From positions 256,001 to 320,000 of the forward strand of contig CAVZDU010000007.1 of assembly GCA_963774265.1 (NCBI GenBank): DNA of 64,000 nt, read 5' to 3'. Position 1 is the stretch's first letter. Every line of letters begins with the position of its first letter. This document shows positions 43,741 to 53,763 of the stretch, one piece after another. The translations under genes were made by a program, and so were the position numbers. The stretch is from an uncultured Chloroflexia bacterium. GTDB lineage: Bacteria; Chloroflexota; Anaerolineae; CG2-30-64-16. The notes under the pieces are model-generated. The model saw only the letters and a list, made by a program, of their open reading frames with translations. It searched no databases and was not told the DNA's origin.

Positions 43741-44623
43741 CTACACCCTCAACGTCCACGAGTCATGCTGATACTTGTCCCGCATCAGCTCGGCGCTCCA
43801 TGCCGCGTTCCTGTTCGGTGAGGTCGCCTGGGATGAAGTCGATCTCGAGTGCCTCTGCCATGCCCGCAATCATCGCCTCAACCGCCTGGTCATAAGTGAC
43901 CACCCGCCCCAGCAACTCCTCGACCGTCGCCGCGTGTCCCGCCAGCGAGGCGCGCAACGCCTGCCGCTCTGCCTCATCCTCGAACCGCAGGCAATCGACG
44001 ACGCGTGTCAGATCACCGACGAGCGGCAGCGAGCCGTGCTGAAGCACTGAGGTGCTGCGCCGGGCCTGGGCGCTCCCCAGGATCTTCCGATCATCGACCA
44101 CGATCTCGTACGCTGATGGCACCTCGAAGCACGCAGCGGACACGTCGGGCCCCGCGCGGTTTGTCCCCGGCGCCTCTTCCGCGGCAATCCCCAACCTGTG
44201 CAGCCCCGCGACCAGCCCATGGCTGATGCGTAAATAGCTGTCCAGGACGTAGCCGTGCATCAGAGGGTGGTCGGGAGACGCGATAACACTGTAGGTCATC
44301 TCATCCGTATGCAGGATCGCGCGACCCCCGGTGGGCCGGCGAACCACGTCATAGCCCAATGCTGTGCACCGGCCCAGGTCCACGCCCGCCACGGGCTGAT
44401 TCCGGCCTAAAGAGACGCAAGGCGGCGTCCATGCGTAGAACCGCAACGTCGGCGGGACGAGGCCGGCGGCAATAGCCTGACTTATCGCCTCGTCCACAGC
44501 CATGTTCTCCGCGCCCGTCGCGGCGGGATGGCGGATCAGTCGAAAGGAAGAAGGAAGATGGAAAAAGGAAGAATCAGCTGTGTGGGCCGTACCATCAGCG
44601 GCGAACTGCGTCCTGTTCATCAT
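43741..44623 (-). CDS. Lipoate-protein ligase / octanoyltransferase (LplA/LipM family)
   Basis: [41 protein letters not shown]. There is a late frameshift, and the stop is inferred at 43741. Confidence 0.9.
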
Positions 44624-44661
44624 GTCGGAGATTATAGCATTCCCCTCAACGGGGGAGCCAA

Positions 44662-44690
44662 TTGCACGGGCTGGCGCTTGCTGCTAGAAT
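44662..44690 (+). promoter_or_regulatory. Sigma70-type promoter of coaBC (divergent partner -10 at 44631-44639)
   Basis: TTGCAC-17 bp-TAGAAT with a TG extension. The opposite strand has TGCTATAAT. Confidence 0.55.
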
Positions 44691-44730
44691 CACATTCAGA
44701 GGCGCGCCTGGCGCTTGTTAAGGGAAGGAA

Positions 44731-46032
44731 ATGGGGATGAGCGATCCACTTATGGCGAAAAAAAAGGTAGTCCTCGGCGTGACCGGCGGCATCGCGGCCT
44801 ACAAGGCGGCCGACCTGTGCAGCAAGCTGGTGCAAGCAGGTGGGGAGGTCGATGTCATCCTCACCGACGCGGCCGCGCGCTTTGTGTCTCCGCTGACATT
44901 CGCCGCACTGAGTGGCCGGCCTGCCCGCGTGGACATGTGGACCGCGCCGGGCGGCGACCCCATCCCCCACGTCAAGATGGCGGGCGAAGCAGACCTGGTG
45001 ATCGTCGCACCGTTGAGCGCCAACACGCTGGCGAAACTGGCGTTGGGACTGGCGGACAATCTGCTCACGGCGACGCTCCTGGCAACGCCGATAGCGGGGG
45101 CGGACCGCGAACCTGCTGAGGAGCAGCCGGACCCGGCTCACGAAGGCGGGGAACGGGGTGTGCCGTGGGTGTTGGCGCCCGCGATGGAGTCGCACATGTG
45201 GGCCAATCCCATGACGCAGGTGCACATGACCGCGTTGAGGGGCCGCGGCGCGATCCAGGTTGGGCCGGGCGTGGGGCGCCTGGCATCGGGCGCGTCCGGC
45301 GCGGGGCGGATGGCGGAACCTGCGGAGATCTTCGCCGCGGCACGATTGGCGCTGGCGCGCCGCGGCCCCCTGGCAGGCCGGCGGGTCCTGGTGACCGCAG
45401 GCGGGACGCAGGAGCCGATCGACCCGGTGCGCTACATCACCAACGCATCGTCGGGGAAGATGGGCGTCGCGCTGGCCGAGGCCGCGCGGGATCTCGGCGC
45501 GGCCGTAACGCTGGTTCACGCGCCCCTGGCCGTTGCCGTCCCATTCGGGGTTGTGAGTACGCCGGTGCGCACTGCAGTCGAGATGTGCGACGCGGTGCTC
45601 GCCCGGGCGGGGGAGACGGACATCCTCATCGGCGCGGCTGCAGTGGCGGATTTCCGGCCCGCCGAGGCCGCGCATCAGAAGATCAAGAAGGCGCCGGGGC
45701 AGGAGGATCTGACCCTCCACCTCATACGCAACCCCGACATCCTGGGGGAGGTGGCTGGCCGCCGTGCGGCGACCGGCTGGCCGAAGGTGGTGGTCGGCTT
45801 TGCCGCAGAGACGCAGGACTTGCTGGCCAATGCCGGCGCGAAGCTGAAGGCAAAGCGACTGGACATAATCGTTGCGAACGATGTGACCGAGGCTGGCGGC
45901 GGCTTCGGTGCGGACGACAATCGTGTCACGCTGCTGTTCGCAGATGGACGTCAGGAAGTCCTACCGATCATGGCGAAAATCGAAGTCGCACGCCGGGTGA
46001 TGGAGGCCGCGTTGGCTCACCTGGCCGAATAG
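44731..46032 (+). CDS. coaBC: Bifunctional phosphopantothenoylcysteine decarboxylase / phosphopantothenate-cysteine ligase
   Basis: GVTGGIAAYK, GLADNLL, APAM, GRMAEP, TAGGTQEPIDPVRYITNASSGKMG, AAVADF, VGFAAET. Confidence 0.96.
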   Translation: MGMSDPLMAKKKVVLGVTGGIAAYKAADLCSKLVQAGGEVDVILTDAAARFVSPLTFAALSGRPARVDMWTAPGGDPIPHVKMAGEADLVIVAPLSANTLAKLALGLADNLLTATLLATPIAGADREPAEEQPDPAHEGGERGVPWVLAPAMESHMWANPMTQVHMTALRGRGAIQVGPGVGRLASGASGAGRMAEPAEIFAAARLALARRGPLAGRRVLVTAGGTQEPIDPVRYITNASSGKMGVALAEAARDLGAAVTLVHAPLAVAVPFGVVSTPVRTAVEMCDAVLARAGETDILIGAAAVADFRPAEAAHQKIKKAPGQEDLTLHLIRNPDILGEVAGRRAATGWPKVVVGFAAETQDLLANAGAKLKAKRLDIIVANDVTEAGGGFGADDNRVTLLFADGRQEVLPIMAKIEVARRVMEAALAHLAE

Positions 46033-46053
46033 GGCGGTACCTGGAGGATAGAG

Positions 46054-46254
46054 ATGGCTCGTGTCAAACCGGTGGAGCTGTTCGATCATTTCAACCCGCA
46101 GATGCGTGCAGCGTTCGACGAGGCTATCACGAAGGCCCTGCCCCAGGGCGCCGAGATCGACAAGCGCATGCTCTATCTTGAGTTTCGTCTTGCGCTGAAC
46201 CGGAAAGTCAAGCAGTGGGAGAACGTGCCTAATTCCGCCGTCGATTCGGATTAG
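46054..46254 (+). CDS. Small hypothetical protein (66 aa)
   Basis: Good GGAGG RBS, and it fills the gap in the operon. Confidence 0.7.
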   Translation: MARVKPVELFDHFNPQMRAAFDEAITKALPQGAEIDKRMLYLEFRLALNRKVKQWENVPNSAVDSD

Positions 46255-46263
46255 GGAGCGATC

Positions 46264-47223
46264 ATGAACACCACCCTCACTGCGGTCCCGGGCATTAAGG
46301 TCGGACATGCAGATGACCCCGTCGGCCTCACCGGTTGCACCGTCGTGCTCTGCGAGGGCGGCGCGGTGGGTGGGGTGGATCAACGCGGGGGCGCGCCCGG
46401 CACCCGGGAGACAGACCTGCTGCACCCCATGCACCTGGTGAAGCAAGTGCATGCGATCACTTTGGCAGGGGGCAGCGCTTTTGGACTGGCCTCGGCCGAC
46501 GGCGTCATGCGCTACCTGCTCGAGCACAACATCGGCTACAAGACCGGAAAGACGCGCGTGCCGATCGTGCCCGCGGCCATCCTCTTTGATTTGGCCGTCG
46601 GCAGTTCGGACGCATTCCCCGACGCCGCAATGGGTTACCGTGCCTGCATCGCCGCGACGACTGAAACGGTCGCGGAGGGCAACGTGGGCGCGGGCATGGC
46701 TTGCAGCGCGGGCAAAATCCTTGGCGCAGGCCATGCGACGAAGACCGGCATCGGAAGCGCGGCGGTGGAATTGGGCGCGGGCCTGATCGTCGGTGCGCTG
46801 ATAGCCGCCAACCCGTTCGGTGACGTGGTCGACGAGCGGGGAAACATTCTGGCGGGAACGCGGGGACGGGATGGCCGCTTTGTGAACACGTTAGCCATGA
46901 TGCGCTCAGTCACGGGCCGGCTGGCCCTGCGCGTGGGAGGCGCGACGGTCATCGGCGTTGTCGCGACCAATGCGCGCCTGGACAAGGAGCAGGTTAACAA
47001 GGTGGCTCAGATGGCACATGATGGCTTGGGACGCACCATCCGCCCCGCCCATACCCTTTTCGACGGCGACACGATATTCGCCCTGGCCACGGGGCAGGTG
47101 CGCGCCAGTCCCACCCTGGTCGGCGCGTATGCCGCCGAGGTGGTCGCGGCCGCGATCTTGCGCGCGGCAACGACTGCAACGGACCTTGGTGGGCTGCCTG
47201 CAGGACTTAATGTAAAGCAATGA
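46264..47223 (+). CDS. Peptidase S58 / DmpA (P1) family protein
   Basis: TGCTV, RGGAPGTRETDLL, GGSAFGL, GNVGAG, VVATNA, HTLFDGDTIF. Confidence 0.92.
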   Translation: MNTTLTAVPGIKVGHADDPVGLTGCTVVLCEGGAVGGVDQRGGAPGTRETDLLHPMHLVKQVHAITLAGGSAFGLASADGVMRYLLEHNIGYKTGKTRVPIVPAAILFDLAVGSSDAFPDAAMGYRACIAATTETVAEGNVGAGMACSAGKILGAGHATKTGIGSAAVELGAGLIVGALIAANPFGDVVDERGNILAGTRGRDGRFVNTLAMMRSVTGRLALRVGGATVIGVVATNARLDKEQVNKVAQMAHDGLGRTIRPAHTLFDGDTIFALATGQVRASPTLVGAYAAEVVAAAILRAATTATDLGGLPAGLNVKQ

Positions 47224-47247
47224 TCTCGGCAGCTGGATGAGGTCATT

Positions 47248-47276
47248 TTGACTTGCCAGGGTGGGCATGCTAGCAT
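47248..47276 (+). promoter_or_regulatory. Sigma70-type promoter of the two-component genes
   Basis: TTGACT-17 bp-TAGCAT with a TG extension. Confidence 0.55.
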
Positions 47277-47306
47277 CGTTTGACTGTCTGAAGTGCCTGG
47301 AGACTT

Positions 47307-47984
47307 ATGGCTGAGAAGATTCTCCTCGTGGACGACGAGCCAACTCTGTTGGAAACCCTGGCGCTAAACCTTCGCACCAGTGGCTACGAGGTAGTCACCG
47401 CGTCGGACGGCGCAGCAGCGCTCGAGATGGCAAATACTGAGGCGCCCGACCTGATCGTCCTTGACCTTATGATGCCCGAGCTCGATGGGTTGACGGTATG
47501 CCGCAGCCTTCGCCAGGTGTCCGATACGCCGATCCTGGTCTTGACCGCGCGAACGGGTGAGCTGGACAAGATCATCGGGTTGGAGAGTGGCGCGGACGAC
47601 TACATGACCAAGCCATTTAGCCTGGGCGAGTTGCAGGCGCGGCTGCGTGCACTGCTGCGTCGCGCGGGACCGCGCCGGTTGAGCGATGAGATGCGCGCTG
47701 GAGACCTGCTGCTAAACCTCGTCAGCCGTCGCGCATACTTGTCCGGCAAGGAACTGGTGCTCAGCCCAAAGGAGTTCAGCCTGCTAGCCGAATTGATGCG
47801 CCATCAGGGTGCGGTCCTCTCGCGTGACCTGCTGCTCACCCGTGTGTGGGGCTACGACTTCTTTGGAGACAGCCGCACGGTCGATGTCCATGTGCGCTGG
47901 CTGCGCGAGAAGATCGAAGCGAACCCCTCCCAGCCAGAGCGCATCACGACTGTACGGGGCATCGGTTACCGCTTCGAAGGGTAG
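47307..47984 (+). CDS. OmpR-family response regulator (PhoB/PhoP-like)
   Basis: REC plus wHTH: GADDYMTKPF, RTVDVHVRWLREKIE, TVRGIGYRF. Near phoU and pst. Confidence 0.93.
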   Translation: MAEKILLVDDEPTLLETLALNLRTSGYEVVTASDGAAALEMANTEAPDLIVLDLMMPELDGLTVCRSLRQVSDTPILVLTARTGELDKIIGLESGADDYMTKPFSLGELQARLRALLRRAGPRRLSDEMRAGDLLLNLVSRRAYLSGKELVLSPKEFSLLAELMRHQGAVLSRDLLLTRVWGYDFFGDSRTVDVHVRWLREKIEANPSQPERITTVRGIGYRFEG

Positions 47985-47991
47985 CAGGAAG

Positions 47992-49155
47992 TTGACCGGC
48001 CTCGAAATTCTACTCTTTGTCCTCCTTGTCATTGCTGCTGGTGCTGCGATCGGACTCCTCGTCGCATTGCGCCGCTCTCGCCAGCAGCTGCTCATGGCCT
48101 ACGCAGCACGCGCAGAATCCGCGGCCGTCCGTGAAGCGCTGGAGACCCGCATTCAGCTTGAGCTGCAGTATCTGAATGCCCTGGGCGAGTCGACGCCGGA
48201 TGCCCTGGTGCTCCTCGACGATAACCGCCTGGTTGTTTGGGCGAACGGCCCGGCCTGGGGGCTGTTCAACAACGGGGAGCCGGCTCTTGGGCAATCGTTT
48301 ATCGCCCTGGTGCGCGACTATGAGCTGAACCAGGCTGTCCTCGACGCGTTGGCCGGCCACCGGCCCATGATGCGCCAGACGGCCGTGGGTGAGCGGATGT
48401 TGCGTATTTGGGCGACGCCGCTGGAGGGATTCGACGGCGTGGCGGTCGGTATGGAGGACGTGACCGAACTGCAACGGCTCGGCCGCGCGCGTCGCGATTT
48501 CATCGCAAACATCTCGCACGAGTTGCGAACACCACTCGCAAATATCGACCTGGCAGCGCAAACCCTACGCCAGTCCGGCGAAGGAAACCCCAATCTTACG
48601 CAGCGCATGCTGGATCAAATCCAGGAGCAGGTGCAGACCCTCAGCCAACTCAGCCAGGAAATGATGGAGCTGGCGCAAATTGAGTCGGGGCAGGTGTTGT
48701 TGAAGCTCGAGGTTACAGAGCTGGAGCCGGTGATTCGCCGTAGCGTCACACACCTGCTGCCACAAGCAGCGGTAAAAAAACAGCACCTGTCGCTCATCGT
48801 CCCTAGTGATCTAACTGCTTTAGTGGATGAAGCCATGATCGGCCGGGTGATGAACAACCTGGTGCACAACGCGGTGAAGTTCACCCCTGAGCGCGGGCAG
48901 ATCACGGTGACAGCAGAGGCAGTGGGTGAGGATGTGCAAATCTGTGTCTCCGACACCGGCCCCGGGATCCCCAAGGACGAACAGCGCCGCGTGTTCGAGC
49001 GGTTCTACAAGGCCGATCGCGCTCGCAGCCGCGGCGGGACCGGGCTGGGCCTGGCCATCGCGCGGCACATCGTCGAAGGACACGGTGGGCAGCTTTCTCT
49101 GCAGAGCACACCGGGTCAAGGTGCAACGTTCTGTTTTACAGTGCCACGGGCTTGA
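47992..49155 (+). CDS. phoR: PhoR-like sensor histidine kinase
   Basis: One TM helix, a PAS-like region, RRDFIANISHELRTPL, RVFERFYKADRARSRGGTGLGLAI. TTG start inferred. Confidence 0.85.
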   Translation: MTGLEILLFVLLVIAAGAAIGLLVALRRSRQQLLMAYAARAESAAVREALETRIQLELQYLNALGESTPDALVLLDDNRLVVWANGPAWGLFNNGEPALGQSFIALVRDYELNQAVLDALAGHRPMMRQTAVGERMLRIWATPLEGFDGVAVGMEDVTELQRLGRARRDFIANISHELRTPLANIDLAAQTLRQSGEGNPNLTQRMLDQIQEQVQTLSQLSQEMMELAQIESGQVLLKLEVTELEPVIRRSVTHLLPQAAVKKQHLSLIVPSDLTALVDEAMIGRVMNNLVHNAVKFTPERGQITVTAEAVGEDVQICVSDTGPGIPKDEQRRVFERFYKADRARSRGGTGLGLAIARHIVEGHGGQLSLQSTPGQGATFCFTVPRA

Positions 49156-50659
49156 CGTCCGCGGCGGTTGTGCGCTCTCGGAGCCCCTTCAGGCACTCCA
49201 GTGCATCCATCAAGCTCAGCGCGGTATGATAGCCGGGATCGGCGTCGGGGTAGGCCGGCGCCACATCAGAAACGCGACCTGCCCCATCACGTAGTTTTAC
49301 AGCCATCAGGTGGATGTCGGGACGAACGTAGTTTTCTACAAACGCGTTGTGGCACTGCGCCGCAATACTCAAGCACGCAGCGTAGTCCTTCCTGGTCGAG
49401 GAAATGGCGGCCGCGGCCAGCGCCGCGCGGATCGTCTCGGGCAGGCTCCACCATGGCATCGTGTCGTCGATCGACCGTCGTGTAAGCAGGTTCACGCTCT
49501 TGCGGATGCCGCCGAGGGAAGGTCGAAAGCCGTTGTCGAAGGCGCGCGCCAGGACCGGGGTCATCAATCCCTCGAGATGGGTCAATTCTCCCCATTGCTC
49601 GGGTGTGATCGATTCCATCCGCCGCGCCACCGCGCAGAACTTCAGAAACAACCCCACGAACTCCAGCGCGTGGCCGGGATCCGCGATGATGCGGCCCACC
49701 TCATCGACGTGCGGCTCGCCTTCAGGGGTGATGAACTCTACCAGGTCATTCTGGCGTAACGCAGGCCAACGGGTGGCGAGATTGACGTGTGCATACAGGA
49801 CGCGCCGCGCCAGGCGCAATCCCATCTCGGCGGATGCCGGCCCGGGTTCGTGGCGCGCAAAATGCGTCGCCATACCCAACGCGATCATGTGGGGACCATG
49901 GGCGAAGCCCCCTGCGGCGGACACTACTGACGCAAGGCGGGCCGGTTGTGGCTGGTCAGTGCGGAAACGAAGCGCAAGAATGTCATCGTAGACTGCGCGG
50001 CAGTAAGCGCGCGCTTCATCCAGCGCTGCTTCGTTGCCGAGGAAATGCGCGGCCGCGAGCATGCCTTTGGCCGCAAAGAGATCGCTGTAGTTGTGCGGCG
50101 CGGGCGCATCCAGCGCCACCCGCAGTTGACGATGTTGCGCATCTACAGTGATCGGCATGCCGTCTGGCAGCATGGTGAAATACAGGTGTCCCCCGTATTG
50201 GGCTCGTGCCGCGCGAAGCTGCGCCAACAGTGCGGCAGTCAGCCTGCGGGTACGCGCCAGCAGCGCATCCACCCGGGGGTCGCCTGCCCATGCCCCAAGC
50301 CACACGCCGAACGTGGCCAGCCCTTCCAGGCCGCGACCCTGCACCCAGCCGCTCACGAGACCGGGGCCGAAGCGTGGGTCGGCTGCCGGCAGATCTGCCC
50401 CCGTGGTCAGATCGAGGCGAGTGTCGATCCAGGGATGCAGCGGCCCGCGTTCCGACCGGTCGAGGATTGTGCGGAACTGCGTAACGATCATGGCCTCATA
50501 AGGCTCGCGTATAGCATCCAGATCGAACACGTCCGGCTGAGTTGGCAGCAGGATCGGCCGATATTGAGCGGTGAACGGGGTTTGCATCAGTGCGCCTCCA
50601 GGCGCCACTATAATAGTGAACGCTCGCCGCGGCAAACCTGGCCGCGGATTCTCGCTCAT
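49136..50659 (-). CDS. AGE (N-acylglucosamine 2-epimerase) family-like protein
   Basis: WVQGRG, YSDLF, PGHALEF, WWSLPET and DPGYH fit an (alpha/alpha)6 epimerase. Start uncertain. Confidence 0.65.
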   Translation of the reverse strand: MSENPRPGLPRRAFTIIVAPGGALMQTPFTAQYRPILLPTQPDVFDLDAIREPYEAMIVTQFRTILDRSERGPLHPWIDTRLDLTTGADLPAADPRFGPGLVSGWVQGRGLEGLATFGVWLGAWAGDPRVDALLARTRRLTAALLAQLRAARAQYGGHLYFTMLPDGMPITVDAQHRQLRVALDAPAPHNYSDLFAAKGMLAAAHFLGNEAALDEARAYCRAVYDDILALRFRTDQPQPARLASVVSAAGGFAHGPHMIALGMATHFARHEPGPASAEMGLRLARRVLYAHVNLATRWPALRQNDLVEFITPEGEPHVDEVGRIIADPGHALEFVGLFLKFCAVARRMESITPEQWGELTHLEGLMTPVLARAFDNGFRPSLGGIRKSVNLLTRRSIDDTMPWWSLPETIRAALAAAAISSTRKDYAACLSIAAQCHNAFVENYVRPDIHLMAVKLRDGAGRVSDVAPAYPDADPGYHTALSLMDALECLKGLRERTTAADVKPVAL

Positions 50660-50722
50660 TGCCGCCCTGCCCGAGCACTGGTATCATATGGGTGGTCCTG
50701 ATAGCCAGCACGGGAGGGTCAC

Positions 50723-51862
50723 GTGATCAAGCAGGAAGCCAAGATAACGCAGGATGCGGTGCGGCAGTCGAATACCTCGGGCGTGCAGCGCTCCCGAGCG
50801 GATATATATGTGCTCATCACACTGATCTCGCTGGCTTTTTCGGTGATCGGCACGCGTATCTTTCTGGAGCTGACTGGCTATCCTCAAATCGGCACCAGCA
50901 CCCTGCACATTGCGCACGCGATCTGGGGTGGGTTGCTGCTCTACGCAGCCGCGCTGCTGCCCTTGATCCTGGCCAATCGCTGGGCACTGTATCTGAGTGC
51001 GGGCTTGAACGGACTGGGCGCGGGGCTGTTCATCGATGAGGTCGGTAAGTTCATCACGCGCGATCTTAACTACTTCTATCGGCCGGCCGCGCCGCTGGTT
51101 TACTCGTTCTTCCTGCTCAGTGTGTTGCTCTACCAGTACGTGCGCAGGCTGAAGCGTGAGGCTCCTCGCACCCAGCTTTATCACGCTTTCGAAGAACTAC
51201 AAGAGGTCCTGGACAACGACCTGGATCAGCGCGAGTACGAACAAATCGTCGGCTGGCTGCGCAGCGCACGCCGGGCGGAGTCGGCGCACCTGGCGCAATT
51301 AGCTGATGTGCTGGAATCGTATTTGCGTGATCCCGCGACGCCAGTCTACCCAATCAAGCCGACACGTTGGAGCCGTTTCCAGGCGACGCTGGACAATTGG
51401 GGCAAGCGTCTGAGTCCCAGGTTGCATCGTGTTCTGGTGATGCTGGTGATGGCGGCGGTCGCAGTCGTCGCTACCGCAGGGACAGTGCGGCTGGTGTGGA
51501 CCGCGCTCCAACCCGGGCCATTTCGTGAGGCTTTGGCCAGCGTCTTGTTGGCGGAGGGTGATCTCGAAGCTCTGACTGATGTGGGGTGGCGTCTGTTGCG
51601 GTTGGGCCTGGAAGGGGCCGTGGGACTCGTGGCCTTTGTCGCCCTCATCCAAATGATCCTCCGCCACGCTGACCTGGGCACCCGGCTGGGCGTCTTCAGC
51701 CTGGTCCTGTCGCTGACCACTGCCAACATTCTCAATTTCTACCTGGATCAGTTCGCTGCAACGATGACAGCGCTGCTCGAGTTTGGCGCACTGCTCATTA
51801 TTCTCACCTATCGTTCCTGGCGGCTGCGTCCACAAGTCAGCGTTCCTCTGAACTATGTATAG
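50723..51862 (+). CDS. Hypothetical integral membrane protein
   Basis: Multi-TM ORF with LHIAHAIWGG and GLFIDEVGKFIT..NYFY motifs. Confidence 0.8.
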   Translation: MIKQEAKITQDAVRQSNTSGVQRSRADIYVLITLISLAFSVIGTRIFLELTGYPQIGTSTLHIAHAIWGGLLLYAAALLPLILANRWALYLSAGLNGLGAGLFIDEVGKFITRDLNYFYRPAAPLVYSFFLLSVLLYQYVRRLKREAPRTQLYHAFEELQEVLDNDLDQREYEQIVGWLRSARRAESAHLAQLADVLESYLRDPATPVYPIKPTRWSRFQATLDNWGKRLSPRLHRVLVMLVMAAVAVVATAGTVRLVWTALQPGPFREALASVLLAEGDLEALTDVGWRLLRLGLEGAVGLVAFVALIQMILRHADLGTRLGVFSLVLSLTTANILNFYLDQFAATMTALLEFGALLIILTYRSWRLRPQVSVPLNYV

Positions 51863-51936
51863 CTCGTTTATGTCTTTTTTCTGAGCTTGACAGGTGGCGG
51901 TATCATATTAGCAATGAATGGTACGGAGGGAGCCTA

Positions 51937-52601
51937 ATGAGCCCACTTTTCCGCGCCCATTTCGACATGGAACTGGCCCAGCTAAACGAGAGCGTGCTGG
52001 ACATGGGCAGTCGCGGCGGCAGGCAGTGGCCGCAAGCGTCCGCGCGCTGCTGGACAACGATCTCGACCTCGCTGCGGAGGTGGTGGCTGGCGACATGGCC
52101 ATCAACGATCTGCGCTTCCGAATTGAGAAGCAATGCTACGCTCTCCTCGTGATGGAGCAGCCGGTGGCGGGCGACATGCGCACGATCGTCGCGGCGCTGA
52201 CGATTGCCAGCGAGTTGGAGCGCGTGGGCGACCACGGAAAGCGAATCGCGAAATTGCAGCAGCGACAGCCGAATATTCCCAGCTCCATCCCGCTGTCCGG
52301 CATTGACCGTATGTGCGAATTGTCGCTCGAACTGATCGACCGTTCACTTCAGGCCTACGCCAGCCGGGATGTGAGTGCTGCCAAGCAAATCTGCAAGGAC
52401 GATGATGAAGTCGACGCATTGTACAAGCAGACTTTCAACATCACATTGAGCTACATGCTCGAAAACGTCAAGGCAATCGGACCCGGCACATACCTGATCC
52501 AGGTGGGCCATGAGCTTGAGCGCGTCGGTGATCGGGCCACCAACATTGCCGAGCGGGTCATCTACGCGCAGACCGGGGAATTGATAGATTTGAACGTCTG
52601 A
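51937..52601 (+). CDS. phoU: Phosphate signalling protein PhoU (one frameshift)
   Basis: QPVAGDMR, ELERVGDH, DDEVDALY, LERVGDRATNIAERVIY. Confidence 0.93.
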
Positions 52602-52617
52602 GCGTGAGTGAGAGACC

Positions 52618-52743
52618 ATGACTGGTAGACCTGAACGCACCCGCTATCCAGTTGCCGTCCACCTGTTCTTCGTCCGAGATGGTTGCGTGCTCCTTGCGCG
52701 TCGCTTCAACACAGGATGGGAGGACGGCAAGTACAGCGTCCCC
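52618..52743 (+). pseudogene. Truncated Nudix hydrolase N-terminus
   Basis: VAVHLFFVRDGCVLLARRFNTGWEDGKYSVP stops resembling the family just before the Nudix box. Confidence 0.65.
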
Positions 52744-52746
52744 TCA

Positions 52747-52824
52747 TTTTATCCTCTCTTAAGGTGCATGCTAAGACCTCTTAACCTCCCCATAACGATC
52801 GCTTAAGCTAGCCTACGGTATACT
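52747..52824 (+). promoter_or_regulatory. Pho-box-like direct-repeat array plus -10 of the pst operon
   Basis: TTAA-like cores at 52748, 52759, 52771, 52781, 52792 and 52803 (about 11-bp period, best unit CTTAACCT), followed by TATACT at 52819-52824. Confidence 0.75.
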
Positions 52825-52865
52825 AATCACTTGGTTTGGCTTTGCACTTGCACCGGGGAGGATTC

Positions 52866-53759
52866 ATGCGGGGAAAGATGGTAAGGCGGCTGCTCGTTGG
52901 ACTGGCGCTGGTTGTGCTTGTGGCAGGCGGATGTGGCCGGGGGCAGACAGCGACTGCTGTGCGGGACGATGGATCGAGTGCCGCCAGCCAGACGATCGAC
53001 AACAAGGGTTCGGATACGCTGGTCAACCTGGCGCTGGCGTGGGCAGAGAGTTATATGGGCGCCCACCCCGATATGCGCATCTCGGTGACGGGGGGCGGCA
53101 CTGGCACCGGCATCGCTGCCATGTTGAACGGCACCGTCGATATCGCCAACGCATCGCGCGCGATGAAGGACGAGGAGAGCACCGCGGCCAAGGCCAACGG
53201 CATTGACGCCGCTCGAGCATGTCGTGGCGGGCGACGCAATCGCCGTCGTCGTCCATCCCGAAAACCCGGTGAACGGCTCACGCTGCAGCAGCTCTCCGAC
53301 ATCTATACCGGCAAGATCCAAACTGGCAGGAGATCGGAGGCGAGGACCGGCCGATCGTCCTGCTCTCGCGTGAGTCCAACTCCGGGACGTACGTGTATTT
53401 TCTTGGAGAATGTCGTTCGCCTGGGCGAAAAGAGCGATCTGCTCTTTTCGCCGGAAACGCTGCTGATGCCATCCTCGGAGGGCATCAGCGCGGAGGTGCG
53501 CCAGAATCCCAACGCCATCGGCTACGATGGGCTGGGCTACGTGACTCCCGATCAGAAGGTGATCGCCGTGGCGAAGGACGGCAACAGCCCATATGTGTTT
53601 CCCTCCGAAAACGGTGAAGGATGGCACCTATCCGATCTCGCGCGAGTTATTCATGTATACAGCCGGGGAGCCACAAGGACAGGTAAAGCGTATCTGGACT
53701 GGGTTCGAGCGAGGGGCAGGGTGATGGTGGCGCTCGGTTTTGTACCGCTGACAAAGTGA
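52866..53759 (+). CDS. pstS: Phosphate ABC transporter substrate-binding protein (frameshifted)
   Basis: AGGC lipobox, KGSDTLVNL, GGGTGTGIAA, DIANASR, SRESNSGT, NAIGYDGLGY. Confidence 0.9.
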   Translation: MRGKMVRRLLVGLALVVLVAGGCGRGQTATAVRDDGSSAASQTIDNKGSDTLVNLALAWAESYMGAHPDMRISVTGGGTGTGIAAMLNGTVDIANASRAMKDEESTAAKANGIDAARACRGGRRNRRRRPSRKPGERLTLQQLSDIYTGKIQTGRRSEARTGRSSCSRVSPTPGRTCIFLENVVRLGEKSDLLFSPETLLMPSSEGISAEVRQNPNAIGYDGLGYVTPDQKVIAVAKDGNSPYVFPSENGEGWHLSDLARVIHVYSRGATRTGKAYLDWVRARGRVMVALGFVPLTK

Positions 53760-53763
53760 AGGG

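Noticed and set aside
51887-51915. TTGACA upstream of phoU as a promoter
   Set aside because: There is no convincing -10 at 16-18 bp spacing, so it is not reported as a feature.
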